A stretch of DNA of 29,880 bases from a virus (lineage: Duplodnaviria; Caudoviricetes), in IMG/VR virus record IMGVR_UViG_3300002092_000140, positions 1 through 29,880 of that record. One strand, given 5' to 3'. Of the stretch, positions 15,351-24,931 are shown piece by piece. Below the pieces are notes generated by a model, which did no database searches, was not told the DNA's origin, and worked only from the letters and a program-made list of their open reading frames with translations. How positions within the stretch are numbered: the first letter of the stretch is position 1; the number at the start of each line of letters is the position of its first letter. A program made the position numbers and the translations under genes.

Positions 15351-15430
15351 AAGAATTTCTAGCAATAGGAATAGGGTATGGCTGATTTCCCTTTGAAAAG
15401 TTGGCCGCGTTAAATGAGGAGGTAATCATC

Positions 15431-15472
15431 ATGGCACGTAAAGCTCGCAAAGGCCGCAAGGCACGTAAATAA
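15431..15472 (+). CDS. protamine-like micropeptide MARKARKGRKARK
   Basis: GAGGAGGT RBS at normal spacing; periodic (A/G)RK peptide written with varied synonymous codons. Confidence 0.7.
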   Translation: MARKARKGRKARK

Positions 15473-15494
15473 TCCACGTAAGTGATTATTGCGT

Positions 15495-15529
15495 CACCTG
15501 TAGGGTTTACTCCCTTTCACCTACAGGTG
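15495..15529 (+). other. perfect 10-bp stem-loop
   Basis: cacctgtagg-15 nt loop-cctacaggtg, followed by a weak U-rich tract. Confidence 0.65.
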
Positions 15530-15573
15530 CCGTATTTATTGTTTGAAAGAGAAAGAGATAAACAGGAGGTATC

Positions 15574-15975
15574 ATGGCTGGTTCTAATATTGGTAGTAAG
15601 CTACCTAATGGGGTAGGTAATATTCTTTTGGGCGTTGTGATTGGCGCAAACTTTAACCAAGTTGCAGATGTTCAAATACCGCTAATTGATACTCCAACAA
15701 AATTTCGTGTTCGTAACGTCACATTAACAAACGCTTCTATCAATCCTACTACTGCACGTTTTGGCGTTTTTAGTGGTGCAGGTGGTACTGGTACAACTAT
15801 TGTTAATGCTTCTACGACACCATCGCTAGGCACTGCGGCAACATTACAAGACTTAACTGTCACCGAAACAACTGCAATTAGCGGTACAGGTTCTATTTAC
15901 CTTAACTTAACCACAGCACAAGGCGCGGCGGCTACCGTTGACGTTTATGTCTGGGGTGATATTTTGACTGCTTAA
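15574..15975 (+). CDS. putative virion structural protein, beta-rich
   Basis: AGGAGG RBS; Thr/Gly/Val-rich; within the head module. Confidence 0.65.
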   Translation: MAGSNIGSKLPNGVGNILLGVVIGANFNQVADVQIPLIDTPTKFRVRNVTLTNASINPTTARFGVFSGAGGTGTTIVNASTTPSLGTAATLQDLTVTETTAISGTGSIYLNLTTAQGAAATVDVYVWGDILTA

Positions 15976-15979
15976 TATT

Positions 15980-16735
15980 ATGGCTGGAAATAATGTATTT
16001 TCAATGACGCAACATGGTAGGTCGGAGCCATTTGACCTTCAAGTTGCTCGCGGGATAATCCCTAACCATAGTTCCGTAAATATTTACGGTTTTCAAGCAT
16101 CTGTTAGCACAACTAATATTCCAATTTGGGAAAATGCTACTGCATATACATATCCTGTATCTGCAACTAAAATGCACTTGGTAAGTACAGTCAATACTGG
16201 AGCTGATTTAACAGCAACATTAGTCATTAATGGTTTAGATTCTGGATACAATCAAATTTCAGAAAATATTACATTAAATGGTACCACCGTAGTAACAACA
16301 GTTAATTCATATTTAAGAATTAATAATATGATTGTTATTTCTGGCTCACCAACGGGTGTAATTACATTAAAAGATTTAACTGACACAACAACGTATGCAC
16401 AAATTGCGGCTAACTTTGGTCGTACGCAAATGGCACTTTATACCGTGCCTGCTGGATTTACTTTTTATTTGGCTCGCGTTGATGCTTACACATCTGCAAA
16501 TGGCTTTACTGCTGATTATGTTCAGTATAGAAACCAACAAACATCATCTGCTGGCGTAATTTCATATACTCAACAAGCACCGTTTATAAATAATTATCAT
16601 GCTTTAAGGGTAATGCCACGTGCGTTTACAGAAAAAACAGACCTTCAATTGCAAGCAAAAACAAGTTTAAACACGTATGCTGTTAGTATTGCCGCAGAAG
16701 GTTATTTAATCGCAAATACTGCGCCTTCAATTTAA
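15980..16735 (+). CDS. putative virion structural protein
   Basis: 251 aa, Thr-rich beta-strand pattern; within the head module. Confidence 0.65.
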   Translation: MAGNNVFSMTQHGRSEPFDLQVARGIIPNHSSVNIYGFQASVSTTNIPIWENATAYTYPVSATKMHLVSTVNTGADLTATLVINGLDSGYNQISENITLNGTTVVTTVNSYLRINNMIVISGSPTGVITLKDLTDTTTYAQIAANFGRTQMALYTVPAGFTFYLARVDAYTSANGFTADYVQYRNQQTSSAGVISYTQQAPFINNYHALRVMPRAFTEKTDLQLQAKTSLNTYAVSIAAEGYLIANTAPSI

Positions 16736-16741
16736 GGAGTT

Positions 16742-17179
16742 ATGATGGCTGATATGCAAGGATTACCACCAGAGTTGCAACAAATGATTGGTCAACCACC
16801 GGGCGCTGGTATGGGTGACGGTGCTAACGCTCCTATGGGCGCACCAATGAGTACGGATATTCCAAAAGACGGTGATAAAGCCGCCGCAAAGAATCAAGTA
16901 ACAATTGCAATGACCATGCTTGAGCAGGCTTTGATGGCTTTAGGCTCTCATTCAGAAGAAGGTCGTGTAGTAATGGACAGTTTGATGAAATTATCAAAAT
17001 ACTTCCATAAAGAAGAAAACAATGAACTCGTACCGGCACAATTAATGAGCATGATGCAAGCAATGCCTCAAGTTGGCGGCGGTTCACCAGAGCAATTAGC
17101 CTTAATGAAGGCTCAATCGCAGGGTGCGGGTGCAGGCGCACCACAAGGCGCTCAACCTCAACCTCAACCACAAATGTAA
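16742..17179 (+). CDS. Met/Gln/Pro-rich hypothetical protein
   Basis: AAGGAG RBS; low-complexity ends and helical core. Confidence 0.75.
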   Translation: MMADMQGLPPELQQMIGQPPGAGMGDGANAPMGAPMSTDIPKDGDKAAAKNQVTIAMTMLEQALMALGSHSEEGRVVMDSLMKLSKYFHKEENNELVPAQLMSMMQAMPQVGGGSPEQLALMKAQSQGAGAGAPQGAQPQPQPQM

Positions 17180-17189
17180 GGAGTAAACT

Positions 17190-17381
17190 ATGTCTACTAA
17201 ATCAGAATGGATGAAACCAGCCGGTTACGGTTTGCGTGACCCACTAGATACAAAACGTCATCATGGTCGTATTGTTAATCCACCACGTATGAATCAAATG
17301 GGCGGTCTTGATACATTACACGAACCGTATGGTCATTACAAAAATGACATGACTATTCGTAAACCGGGCGCAACCAAGTAA
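17190..17381 (+). CDS. small basic hypothetical protein
   Basis: AAGGAG RBS; 63 aa. Confidence 0.72.
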   Translation: MSTKSEWMKPAGYGLRDPLDTKRHHGRIVNPPRMNQMGGLDTLHEPYGHYKNDMTIRKPGATK

Positions 17382-17404
17382 TTAACTTTTAAAGGGAAAA
17401 TATT

Positions 17405-17914
17405 ATGTCATTAGAAAACGTATCATTGGAAGAAATGGAATCACTAGCAACTTTATCAAAGACGCTGGCGGATAATCCTGCAACGCGCAGACAATTCTTA
17501 GAATTAATTAAGACTGCTTCGCCTGCAACCAATATTCCAGAAATTGATATGGAATATCGTATGCAAGAGCGCACAAAACCTTTGCAAGATAAATTGCAAT
17601 CGTTGGAATCGCAAATTGCGGAAAACAACTTTAAAGAAATCCGCCGTGCTAATCACGTAAAACTGATGGACATGGGTATCTCTAAAGATGAAATTGGTGA
17701 CGTTGAAAAATTGATGTTAGATAAACAAATTGGCAACTTTGAAACTGCTGGTCAATTTTATTTAAGTCAAAAGCAAGTTGCAAACCCAACTGCGGGTACA
17801 TTTTCAACACCTATGACTATGCCAGATGTCAAAGAAATGGGTGGAGATATAAACCAATGGGCGCGTAACCAAGCTAATGAAGCCATTAACGATATTTTAA
17901 GAACTAAGCGGTAA
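17405..17914 (+). CDS. putative scaffolding protein
   Basis: Helical coiled-coil character; immediately upstream of the capsid gene; function inferred from position. Confidence 0.6.
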   Translation: MSLENVSLEEMESLATLSKTLADNPATRRQFLELIKTASPATNIPEIDMEYRMQERTKPLQDKLQSLESQIAENNFKEIRRANHVKLMDMGISKDEIGDVEKLMLDKQIGNFETAGQFYLSQKQVANPTAGTFSTPMTMPDVKEMGGDINQWARNQANEAINDILRTKR

Positions 17915-17961
17915 TTAACATAGGGATTTTCCCTGTAACTTTTTAAATAGGAGGTCATATT

Positions 17962-18969
17962 ATGGCTGTTTTAGGGCAAGGCATTATTCCAACCGGTAGT
18001 ATTGCAAACGAACTAACTGCGGTTACTCGCAGAGCGTTTGTACCAAAACTTGTAGTACAAATTTATAACTCAACACCATTGTTGGCGTCTCTTATTGCTA
18101 ATGCCCAGCCAGCTACAGGCGGTGTGTCATCTGTTACCGTACCGGTACAGGGCGCTCAGTTTGTAAACGGTCAATGGTCAGATTATTCTGGTACATTTAA
18201 CCAACCTTCTGTACAACAAGGTGCGTTTGTATCTGAATTTGATTTGAAAGCATTGATTGTTCCAGTACCATTTTTAGGTATGGAAGGTGCGGTTCAATTA
18301 GACCACGCTGTTGTGCCTTTGATTGAAGCGCGTATGAATGATGCTGGTAACGTGTCTTGTGACGTAATGGCTAATGCTCTTTACAACAACACAACAAACC
18401 AACAAGCATTTATTGGCTTGCCGGGCGCAATTGATGATGGTACCAACTTGGTAACATACGGTAACATTAACCGTTCAACTTCTACATGGTGGAAGTCAAA
18501 AGTATATTCTGCTGGTAGCGTAAACCCAACGCGTCAAAACGTGTTGCAATACATTGCTGGTACAGTTAAAAACGGTGCAGAAGTACCTACATTCGCAGTT
18601 TGCGGTTTTGGTACATGGACATTATTGGCTCAAGACTTTGTTGGTCAAGAATCTTATGTCATTACACCGGGCAAATCATTTGATGAAGATAGCAACGGTC
18701 CACGTAGCGGTTTCCGCGCATTTATGGTTGGTGGTATCCCAGTTTTTGCTGACCCATACTGCCCAGAAGGTCAAATGTACTTTATTAATTCAAACTATGC
18801 TTCACTCTATATCCATGAGCAAGCTGGTTTTGCGTTTACAGGCTTTGAATCAACATTGTCTAACTATCAATTAGGTTACATTGGTGCTGTAGTGACGCTT
18901 GCTGAATTAGTAGTGACAAAACCAAAAGCTATGACACGTGTGTCTGGCTATAACTCAATCACACTATAA
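17962..18969 (+). CDS. major capsid protein
   Basis: 335 aa, strong AGGAGG RBS; VPKLVVQIYNSTPL, GNINRS and GIPVFADPYCP patterns typical of HK97-fold capsids; position. Confidence 0.87.
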   Translation: MAVLGQGIIPTGSIANELTAVTRRAFVPKLVVQIYNSTPLLASLIANAQPATGGVSSVTVPVQGAQFVNGQWSDYSGTFNQPSVQQGAFVSEFDLKALIVPVPFLGMEGAVQLDHAVVPLIEARMNDAGNVSCDVMANALYNNTTNQQAFIGLPGAIDDGTNLVTYGNINRSTSTWWKSKVYSAGSVNPTRQNVLQYIAGTVKNGAEVPTFAVCGFGTWTLLAQDFVGQESYVITPGKSFDEDSNGPRSGFRAFMVGGIPVFADPYCPEGQMYFINSNYASLYIHEQAGFAFTGFESTLSNYQLGYIGAVVTLAELVVTKPKAMTRVSGYNSITL

Positions 18970-18982
18970 TTAGGAGGCTAAT

Positions 18983-20131
18983 ATGGGTATTAATATTTTA
19001 GGTTATGGCGTAAAAACACTTGCAAATCCATCTGTACCGGTTGTTTTAACATCTGGTGAAGGTTATGTATTACCTGCTGGTCAATTTCAAGTCGTTCCGG
19101 GTTTGTACACATTTATACAATGGTTTGACCCAGTAACTTTGATGTGGCGTTCATTAGGTACACCTGTTCAATCAGACTCACAAATGATTTCATCTGACGG
19201 TACAAACTATCGTTTATACAATGCAACTGGCACAATGGTTGGCGCAGTAGTTACCAACGCTGGTACTGGTTACACTAACGGTATTTACGCACCAAACGTA
19301 CAATTAGGTACTGCGGCGGCTCCATCTGTTGTAATGTCTGCGGCTGGTGGTTCAATCTTGGCTCGCCCAACATTGATTGTTGGTGGTGCTATCAATACCA
19401 CAGTTACTATTACTTCTGGCGGTGCTGGTTATACAGTAGCCCCAATATTATTGGTTTCACAACCACCACAAGGCGGCGTTCCTGCAACCATGACTTGTAC
19501 TATTTCTGGCGGTGCAATTAACGCTGTGACAGTAACAAATCAAGGCGCTGGTTACACAGTAGCCCCTACGGTAACTGTAGTGCCTGCTTCTGGTGACATT
19601 ACTGGTTCTGGCGCTGTATTGACAGTCAACTCAACATTAGTTGGTTCTGGTACTGTAACTGCCATTACTGTTCAAGGTAACGTGCCTATTACTGGTTCTA
19701 ACCCAACAACATACACTGGTGGTACTGGTGGTTCTGGTATGACTTCTGTACCAACATTTACATTCTCACCTGCTTCAACAACTGCGGCTACTGCTGTAAT
19801 GTGCTTTACTGTGACTGCAGTCAACGCGCAAACTGGTAAAACCAACTCAAACGGTAACATTGGTTTCTTAGGTTCTGCGGTAACTGCTGGTTCAGCAACA
19901 TTGACTAATCCTGCAATTACAACTGGTATCTTTACACCACGCGTAGGTTACACAGCTTGGTCAACAACTGCATCTGGTGGTACTGTTATTGTTGACGGCG
20001 GTTTACATCAAACTGTTGTTGCAGGTGTGGCTTATGCTGATATTGGTAACGGTACTGTATCTGGTGCTACAACTGCGGTTGCGGCAACAATGGGTGGCGC
20101 TACTGATACTTCATACATTGTTCAAATCTAA
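18983..20131 (+). CDS. virion surface protein with VTN.G.GYT.AP repeats
   Basis: Gly/Thr-rich, three GxGY repeats, follows the capsid gene. Confidence 0.7.
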   Translation: MGINILGYGVKTLANPSVPVVLTSGEGYVLPAGQFQVVPGLYTFIQWFDPVTLMWRSLGTPVQSDSQMISSDGTNYRLYNATGTMVGAVVTNAGTGYTNGIYAPNVQLGTAAAPSVVMSAAGGSILARPTLIVGGAINTTVTITSGGAGYTVAPILLVSQPPQGGVPATMTCTISGGAINAVTVTNQGAGYTVAPTVTVVPASGDITGSGAVLTVNSTLVGSGTVTAITVQGNVPITGSNPTTYTGGTGGSGMTSVPTFTFSPASTTAATAVMCFTVTAVNAQTGKTNSNGNIGFLGSAVTAGSATLTNPAITTGIFTPRVGYTAWSTTASGGTVIVDGGLHQTVVAGVAYADIGNGTVSGATTAVAATMGGATDTSYIVQI

Positions 20132-20140
20132 GGATTAAAA

Positions 20141-20485
20141 ATGAGCTTAATTAAAGAAGTTGAACGCATTTTAGGTGCTTTGGCACAAGAAGTTCATCAA
20201 GAGGCATCTGTATTAGTACAGTTTGCGGCTGGTGATTGGTTCGCTCTTAAACAGGCTTTTTTGGTGGAAACGGGGCAGGCTGAACCTGCTCCTGCTCCGG
20301 CAGAAGAAACACCTGCTGTTGAACCTGCTCCTGCTCCGGCAGAAGATACTCCTGCAACCGTTGAAGAAACCCCTGTGGTAGAATTAACGGTAGCAGAAGA
20401 AACACCTGTGGTGGATAAACCTGCAATTGCTGGCGATGAAGCAATTAGTTCAGACGCGGCTGATTCTTTAGCCAAAGCTGATTAA
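20141..20485 (+). CDS. acidic Pro/Ala/Glu-repeat protein
   Basis: AAGGA RBS; EPAPAPAE x2 and EETP(A/V)V x3. Confidence 0.72.
   Translation: MSLIKEVERILGALAQEVHQEASVLVQFAAGDWFALKQAFLVETGQAEPAPAPAEETPAVEPAPAPAEDTPATVEETPVVELTVAEETPVVDKPAIAGDEAISSDAADSLAKAD
20281..20346. repeat. 27-bp direct repeat with 39-bp period
   Basis: tgaacctgctcctgctccggcagaaga at 20281 and 20320. Confidence 0.9.
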
Positions 20486-20509
20486 TAAAATATTTGAAAG
20501 GGAAAAACC

Positions 20510-20896
20510 ATGTTACTACGCGTAACTAATAAAAATAGTTTTACTTTGGTTGATAAGTATGACGGTATTGAATATACCTTCAAACCTAATGAACCAGTCG
20601 TAATTGAAGAAGAAGCCGCAAGGCACTTCTTTGGTTATGGCACCCCAGATAAAGTGCCATACTTGGTTCGTCAAGGATGGTGTGTATCGTCTGATAAGAC
20701 AGATGATGCAATGAAAAAATTAAACAATTTTGTATTTGAGCAAGGTTCTGTTGAGTTTAAAGGTGCAGATGAAACTGAATCAGAAATGGCTAATGAATCC
20801 GTTGAGGATGATGATTTGCCTGCTGATGTTTTAGAGTTAAAAAACAAAGTTAAATCAACCCAAAAAGCAAGCAGATTACCTCCAACAACTATGTAA
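20510..20896 (+). CDS. hypothetical protein
   Basis: GAAAGGG RBS; 128 aa. Confidence 0.75.
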   Translation: MLLRVTNKNSFTLVDKYDGIEYTFKPNEPVVIEEEAARHFFGYGTPDKVPYLVRQGWCVSSDKTDDAMKKLNNFVFEQGSVEFKGADETESEMANESVEDDDLPADVLELKNKVKSTQKASRLPPTTM

Positions 20897-20911
20897 AAAG
20901 GATAGCCGTCT

Positions 20912-21745
20912 ATGACAATCTTGTCAGATTATATTACATCAACTAGGCGGCTCCTCCACGATGTTTCCGGTAACTTTTGGACTGATGCTGAATTAACGGA
21001 CTATATCAATGAAGCTAGAGCGCGTGTTGTATCAGATACGGGATGTTTACGCATCAATCAAGTACCGGTTTTTCAGCCTAATACTGAACAATACGGTTAT
21101 GGTGGTATTACAGGCATTTCTATTACAACTGGCGGTACTGGTTACGCTAATGGCACTTATGCGTTAAATATTACCGGTGGTGGTGGTACTGGCGCGGCTG
21201 GCACTTATACTTGTAGTGGCGGCGCTGTTACGTCTGCGACTATTACAACGCAAGGCTCTGGGTACACTTCAACTCCTTCTGTCAGTTTTCCTTCTGGCGG
21301 CGGTGCTAATGCGGTTGGATTGGTTGGTTTTATCAATGCCAATACTTTAGATATTTTGTCAGTAACAATTATCTGGGGTAATTTCCGTATTCCGCTTAAC
21401 TATATGCCATTTACCGAATTGACTGCTAAATTGCGCGTATGGACTACATGGCAACAACGCCCTGCGGCATTTTCTGTGTTTGGTCAACAAACCTTGTATG
21501 TCGGACCCCTTCCAGACCAAATTTACGTATCTGAAATGGATAGCGTTATTTTGCCGAACACATTGATTGATAATTCAACAACAGAGCAAATTGCTTATCC
21601 TTTTGTAACGCCTGTGCCTTACTATGCCGCGCGTTTAGCAAAAATTAAAGAGCAATCTTACAATGAGGCTGAAATGTTTCTGCAAATGTATAAAAAACGT
21701 GCATTGGATAGCCTTGCATCTACTTATACTAGAAGGCTTCCATAA
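20912..21745 (+). CDS. putative head-tail adaptor with inserted GxGY domain
   Basis: L.DYI...RRLLHD....W.D.EL.DYINEA N-terminus and YVGP.PD..Y motif typical of podoviral adaptors. Confidence 0.7.
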   Translation: MTILSDYITSTRRLLHDVSGNFWTDAELTDYINEARARVVSDTGCLRINQVPVFQPNTEQYGYGGITGISITTGGTGYANGTYALNITGGGGTGAAGTYTCSGGAVTSATITTQGSGYTSTPSVSFPSGGGANAVGLVGFINANTLDILSVTIIWGNFRIPLNYMPFTELTAKLRVWTTWQQRPAAFSVFGQQTLYVGPLPDQIYVSEMDSVILPNTLIDNSTTEQIAYPFVTPVPYYAARLAKIKEQSYNEAEMFLQMYKKRALDSLASTYTRRLP

Positions 21746-23725
21746 GTGGCACAGCAACAACAATTAAAAGAAACCAAAAAGCGCGAACACATATTTCGTG
21801 ATTTTGGCGGTATTAATACACAAGCCTATCGTACTTCTATTAAAGATACGGAGTTTTCATGGCTTGAAAATGTCATGCCTATTGGTCACGGCAATTTAAA
21901 ATGTTTGCCTGCGGTTACTGCATCATTAGCTACAATTAGTCCAGATGTAGCAAACTACATGGAAACCGCAAATATTGGCGGTACAAACTATGTTTATATG
22001 TTTTGCAATAGCGGTGCGGCATATCAAATCAATACTGTTACGTATGCTAAAACAACCGTTGGTGCGGCAGGTACATTTTCAACAAGCGGTGTGCAAATTG
22101 CTCAATGGAAAAACTCAACGCTTTTAATTATTGACCCAGTAAAAGGTTATTTTTCATGGAATGGCACTACGCTCACTCCTATTAATAATCAATTGCAAAG
22201 CATTGCGGTTACTACTTTTGGGGCTGGTTATTTTCATCCTCCAACCGTCAATATTACGCCTACTAGCGGCGGTTCTGGCGCTTCTGCCACAGCTATTATT
22301 GGTCTTGGTTCTGTAGCATTAACTGCGGGTGGCACTGGATACACCGTTGGCGATGTATTGACTATTGCTGGAGGCACTTCAAATACAAAAGCGCAAGTGC
22401 AAGTGACTACTGTATCTAGTGGGGTGATTACCGGATTTACTATTTACAATTTTGGTGATTACACCGCCGGTCCTGCAAATCCGGCTTCCGTAACAGGTGG
22501 GTTTGGTACTGGGGCAACATTTACAATTACATGGTCAGTTATTCGCGTCAATGTAACGGCAGGCGGCTCTGGCTATTTAACAGCCCCTACAATTAGTTTT
22601 ACTGCAACTGGTGGTGATACCCCTACCATTGTTGCTACCGCGACTGCAATGCTTAGTGTAGCCCCTACAGCAGGCACAGACATTGCCGTTTACTCTGGGC
22701 GCGTTTGGATTGCTAATGGTCGTTTAATTTCATATTCAGCACCGGGTTCTTATACAGACTTTTCTGTAGGCAATGCAGGCGGTTCGTTTATAATTTCAGA
22801 TTCAACATTGTTAAAAAATATTACGCAATTAATATCTGCTAACAATTACCTATACATTTTTGGTGATGATTCAATTAATGTCATTTCAAACGTAGGTGTT
22901 TCATCTGGCATTACAACATTTTCAAATACCAACTTAACTGCGTTTGTGGGTTCTAGTAGCCCAACGGCTATTCAGCCTTATTTGCGCGGTGTTTTCTTTG
23001 CCAATAGCGCAGGGTTTTATTTGATTTATGGCGCTGTGCCACAAAAAATGAGCGACAATTTAGACGGCGTAATGCAATACGTTGATTTTACCAAGCCTAT
23101 TACGGCTGGTTCTGTGATGCTAAACAATCAATTGTGCATGGCATTTATGTTTACGTACACAGGTTCGGGCGGTAACGTAACAGGCACTCGCAAATTAATG
23201 GCTATTTATTTTAACAATAAATGGTTTTTGGCATCTCAAGGCAATAATTTAACGCTTTGTTGTTCTGTATTTGAGGATGCACAACAAGAGTTGTATGTGA
23301 CAGATGGTACTAACCTTTACCATGCGTTTAAAAATACGTCTGGCACGATTAACAGCATTATTCAAACAAAATTATGGGATTTTGGTAACAGTCTTTTGAC
23401 TAAACAGGCTTTAAAAGCTGGACTTGAGATTAATACGCCAGTAACAGCGTTTTCATCAACATTATCTGTTGATACAGAAAATGCTTCCAATGCCACTACA
23501 TTTGGTTCTCAAAATTTAGTCAATTGGATTAACAATTCTGGTTCTACATTGCTTTGGACTAATAATTCATCTGCAATTGTAGGATGGTTATCATCTGGGT
23601 TCACTTATTTAATGCAAGATGTGACAAACTACGGTAAATATTTAGGCTATACATTAACATCATCTGTGTATGGTTATCAGTTAAATGCAATGATGATGGA
23701 ATTTGAAGATAGAGCGCGTTGGTAA
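21746..23725 (+). CDS. putative tail nozzle / DNA-stabilisation protein with inserted GxGY domains
   Basis: GTG start; FGGIN...WLENVMP N-terminus, propeller-like pattern (YSGRVWIA, YLYIFG); follows the adaptor. Confidence 0.7.
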   Translation: MAQQQQLKETKKREHIFRDFGGINTQAYRTSIKDTEFSWLENVMPIGHGNLKCLPAVTASLATISPDVANYMETANIGGTNYVYMFCNSGAAYQINTVTYAKTTVGAAGTFSTSGVQIAQWKNSTLLIIDPVKGYFSWNGTTLTPINNQLQSIAVTTFGAGYFHPPTVNITPTSGGSGASATAIIGLGSVALTAGGTGYTVGDVLTIAGGTSNTKAQVQVTTVSSGVITGFTIYNFGDYTAGPANPASVTGGFGTGATFTITWSVIRVNVTAGGSGYLTAPTISFTATGGDTPTIVATATAMLSVAPTAGTDIAVYSGRVWIANGRLISYSAPGSYTDFSVGNAGGSFIISDSTLLKNITQLISANNYLYIFGDDSINVISNVGVSSGITTFSNTNLTAFVGSSSPTAIQPYLRGVFFANSAGFYLIYGAVPQKMSDNLDGVMQYVDFTKPITAGSVMLNNQLCMAFMFTYTGSGGNVTGTRKLMAIYFNNKWFLASQGNNLTLCCSVFEDAQQELYVTDGTNLYHAFKNTSGTINSIIQTKLWDFGNSLLTKQALKAGLEINTPVTAFSSTLSVDTENASNATTFGSQNLVNWINNSGSTLLWTNNSSAIVGWLSSGFTYLMQDVTNYGKYLGYTLTSSVYGYQLNAMMMEFEDRARW

Positions 23726-23734
23726 GGAGCGAAA

Positions 23735-24754
23735 ATGACAAAACCAGTCAATATTTCTAACACTTTTGCAGGACAAACTGGGAATCTTGCACTATCCCAA
23801 CTTGACCAAAATTTTGCAACATTGCAAACCGCATTAAATGACCCTGCTACATATCAAAACTATGGCGCAGATAGCGGTACAGTCAATGCAATGGTTGTTA
23901 CGCTAAATCCAGTACCTTCATCATTAGCATCAATGATAGGGGTGCCAATTCAAGTAAAAGTAAACGTCACAAATACTGGTGCCGTAACGCTTAACTTAAA
24001 TAGTTTTGGTGCAATTAGTGTTGTTGATTTGTTAAATACAGCATTGACGGCAGGGCTTTTGGTTGCAGGACAAACCGTGCAAATGATTTATAACGGTTCT
24101 GTATTTCAATGGCAAGGTCAAGTGCCCGTTGGTGTAAACGCTTCAGGTCGTTTACTTAATACGCAATATTTCACAGCATCAGGCACATACACGCCAACGA
24201 CTGGTACTAACTCTGTCATTGTTGAAGTTGTTGGCGGTGGTGGAGGAGGTGGTGGTACAACTACTACCGCTCAAACTGTTGGTGGCGGAGGTGGTGGTGG
24301 CGGATATGCTCGTAAAAAAATTACATCATCATTTAGTGGTGTAACTGTAACAATTGGTTCAGCAGGTACAGCAGGAGCATCTGGGGCAAATGCTGGTGGT
24401 GCGGGAGGTACTTCATCTTTTGGAGCATTAGTGTCAGCCACAGGAGGTTCTGGTGGTAGTGCTGGTAATACTTCTTTTAGAAATACATCTGGTGGTTCTG
24501 GTTCAAGTGGTGACTTAAATTTAACTGGTGGTAATGGTATATCTATACCTACTGGGACGACTTCCAATTCAGGTATAAGCATTGGTGGCACTTGTCCCGT
24601 ATATGGAGCAGCTGTTGCAAATGGAAGTCAGAATTCGGGGAATGCTGCATTTAACTATGGAAATGGTGGTTCTGGGGCTTCCTCTGGCAGTGGCAGTTCA
24701 GGAGCAGGTGGTGCTGGCTCAGCAGGCATCGTCATCGTTTACGAATACGCATAA
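23735..24754 (+). CDS. tail fibre with glycine-rich C-terminal domain
   Basis: LSQLDQNF attachment region; FTASGTYTP...VEVVGGGGGGG...GIVIVYEY glycine-rich domain. Confidence 0.8.
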   Translation: MTKPVNISNTFAGQTGNLALSQLDQNFATLQTALNDPATYQNYGADSGTVNAMVVTLNPVPSSLASMIGVPIQVKVNVTNTGAVTLNLNSFGAISVVDLLNTALTAGLLVAGQTVQMIYNGSVFQWQGQVPVGVNASGRLLNTQYFTASGTYTPTTGTNSVIVEVVGGGGGGGGTTTTAQTVGGGGGGGGYARKKITSSFSGVTVTIGSAGTAGASGANAGGAGGTSSFGALVSATGGSGGSAGNTSFRNTSGGSGSSGDLNLTGGNGISIPTGTTSNSGISIGGTCPVYGAAVANGSQNSGNAAFNYGNGGSGASSGSGSSGAGGAGSAGIVIVYEYA

Positions 24755-24763
24755 GGATAAATC

Positions 24764-24931
24764 ATGCAAGCATTAATAGACCCAAGATTTAATAGAGTAT
24801 GTCAGATTGAACCTGATGACCAAACATTCCCAGTGGCAGAGCCATTGTTTTGGACACCTTGTCCTGACGATTGCACTACGGACTGGACTTACGTTGATGG
24901 TCAATTTGTTGCACCTACTCCGGCTGAGTAA
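24764..24931 (+). CDS. 55-aa tail fibre-associated protein
   Basis: AAGGA RBS; MQALIDPRFNRVCQIEPDDQTFPVAEPLFWTPCPDDCTTDWTYVDGQFVAPTPAE; W.Y.DG.F..P motif common after fibre genes. Confidence 0.75.
   Translation: MQALIDPRFNRVCQIEPDDQTFPVAEPLFWTPCPDDCTTDWTYVDGQFVAPTPAE

Noticed and set aside
15115-15477. ORF-track entries 15115-15309 (+) and 15265-15477 (-)
   Set aside because: The strong RBSs point to other plus-strand frames starting at 15129, 15309 and 15431.
17920-17945. Terminator between scaffold and capsid genes
   Set aside because: Short stem (ataggga/tccctgt) with the U run offset by several bases; too weak to call.
18950-18985. Programmed frameshift or read-through extending the capsid protein
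   Set aside because: No slippery heptamer at the capsid 3' end, and the next gene has its own AGGAGG RBS.
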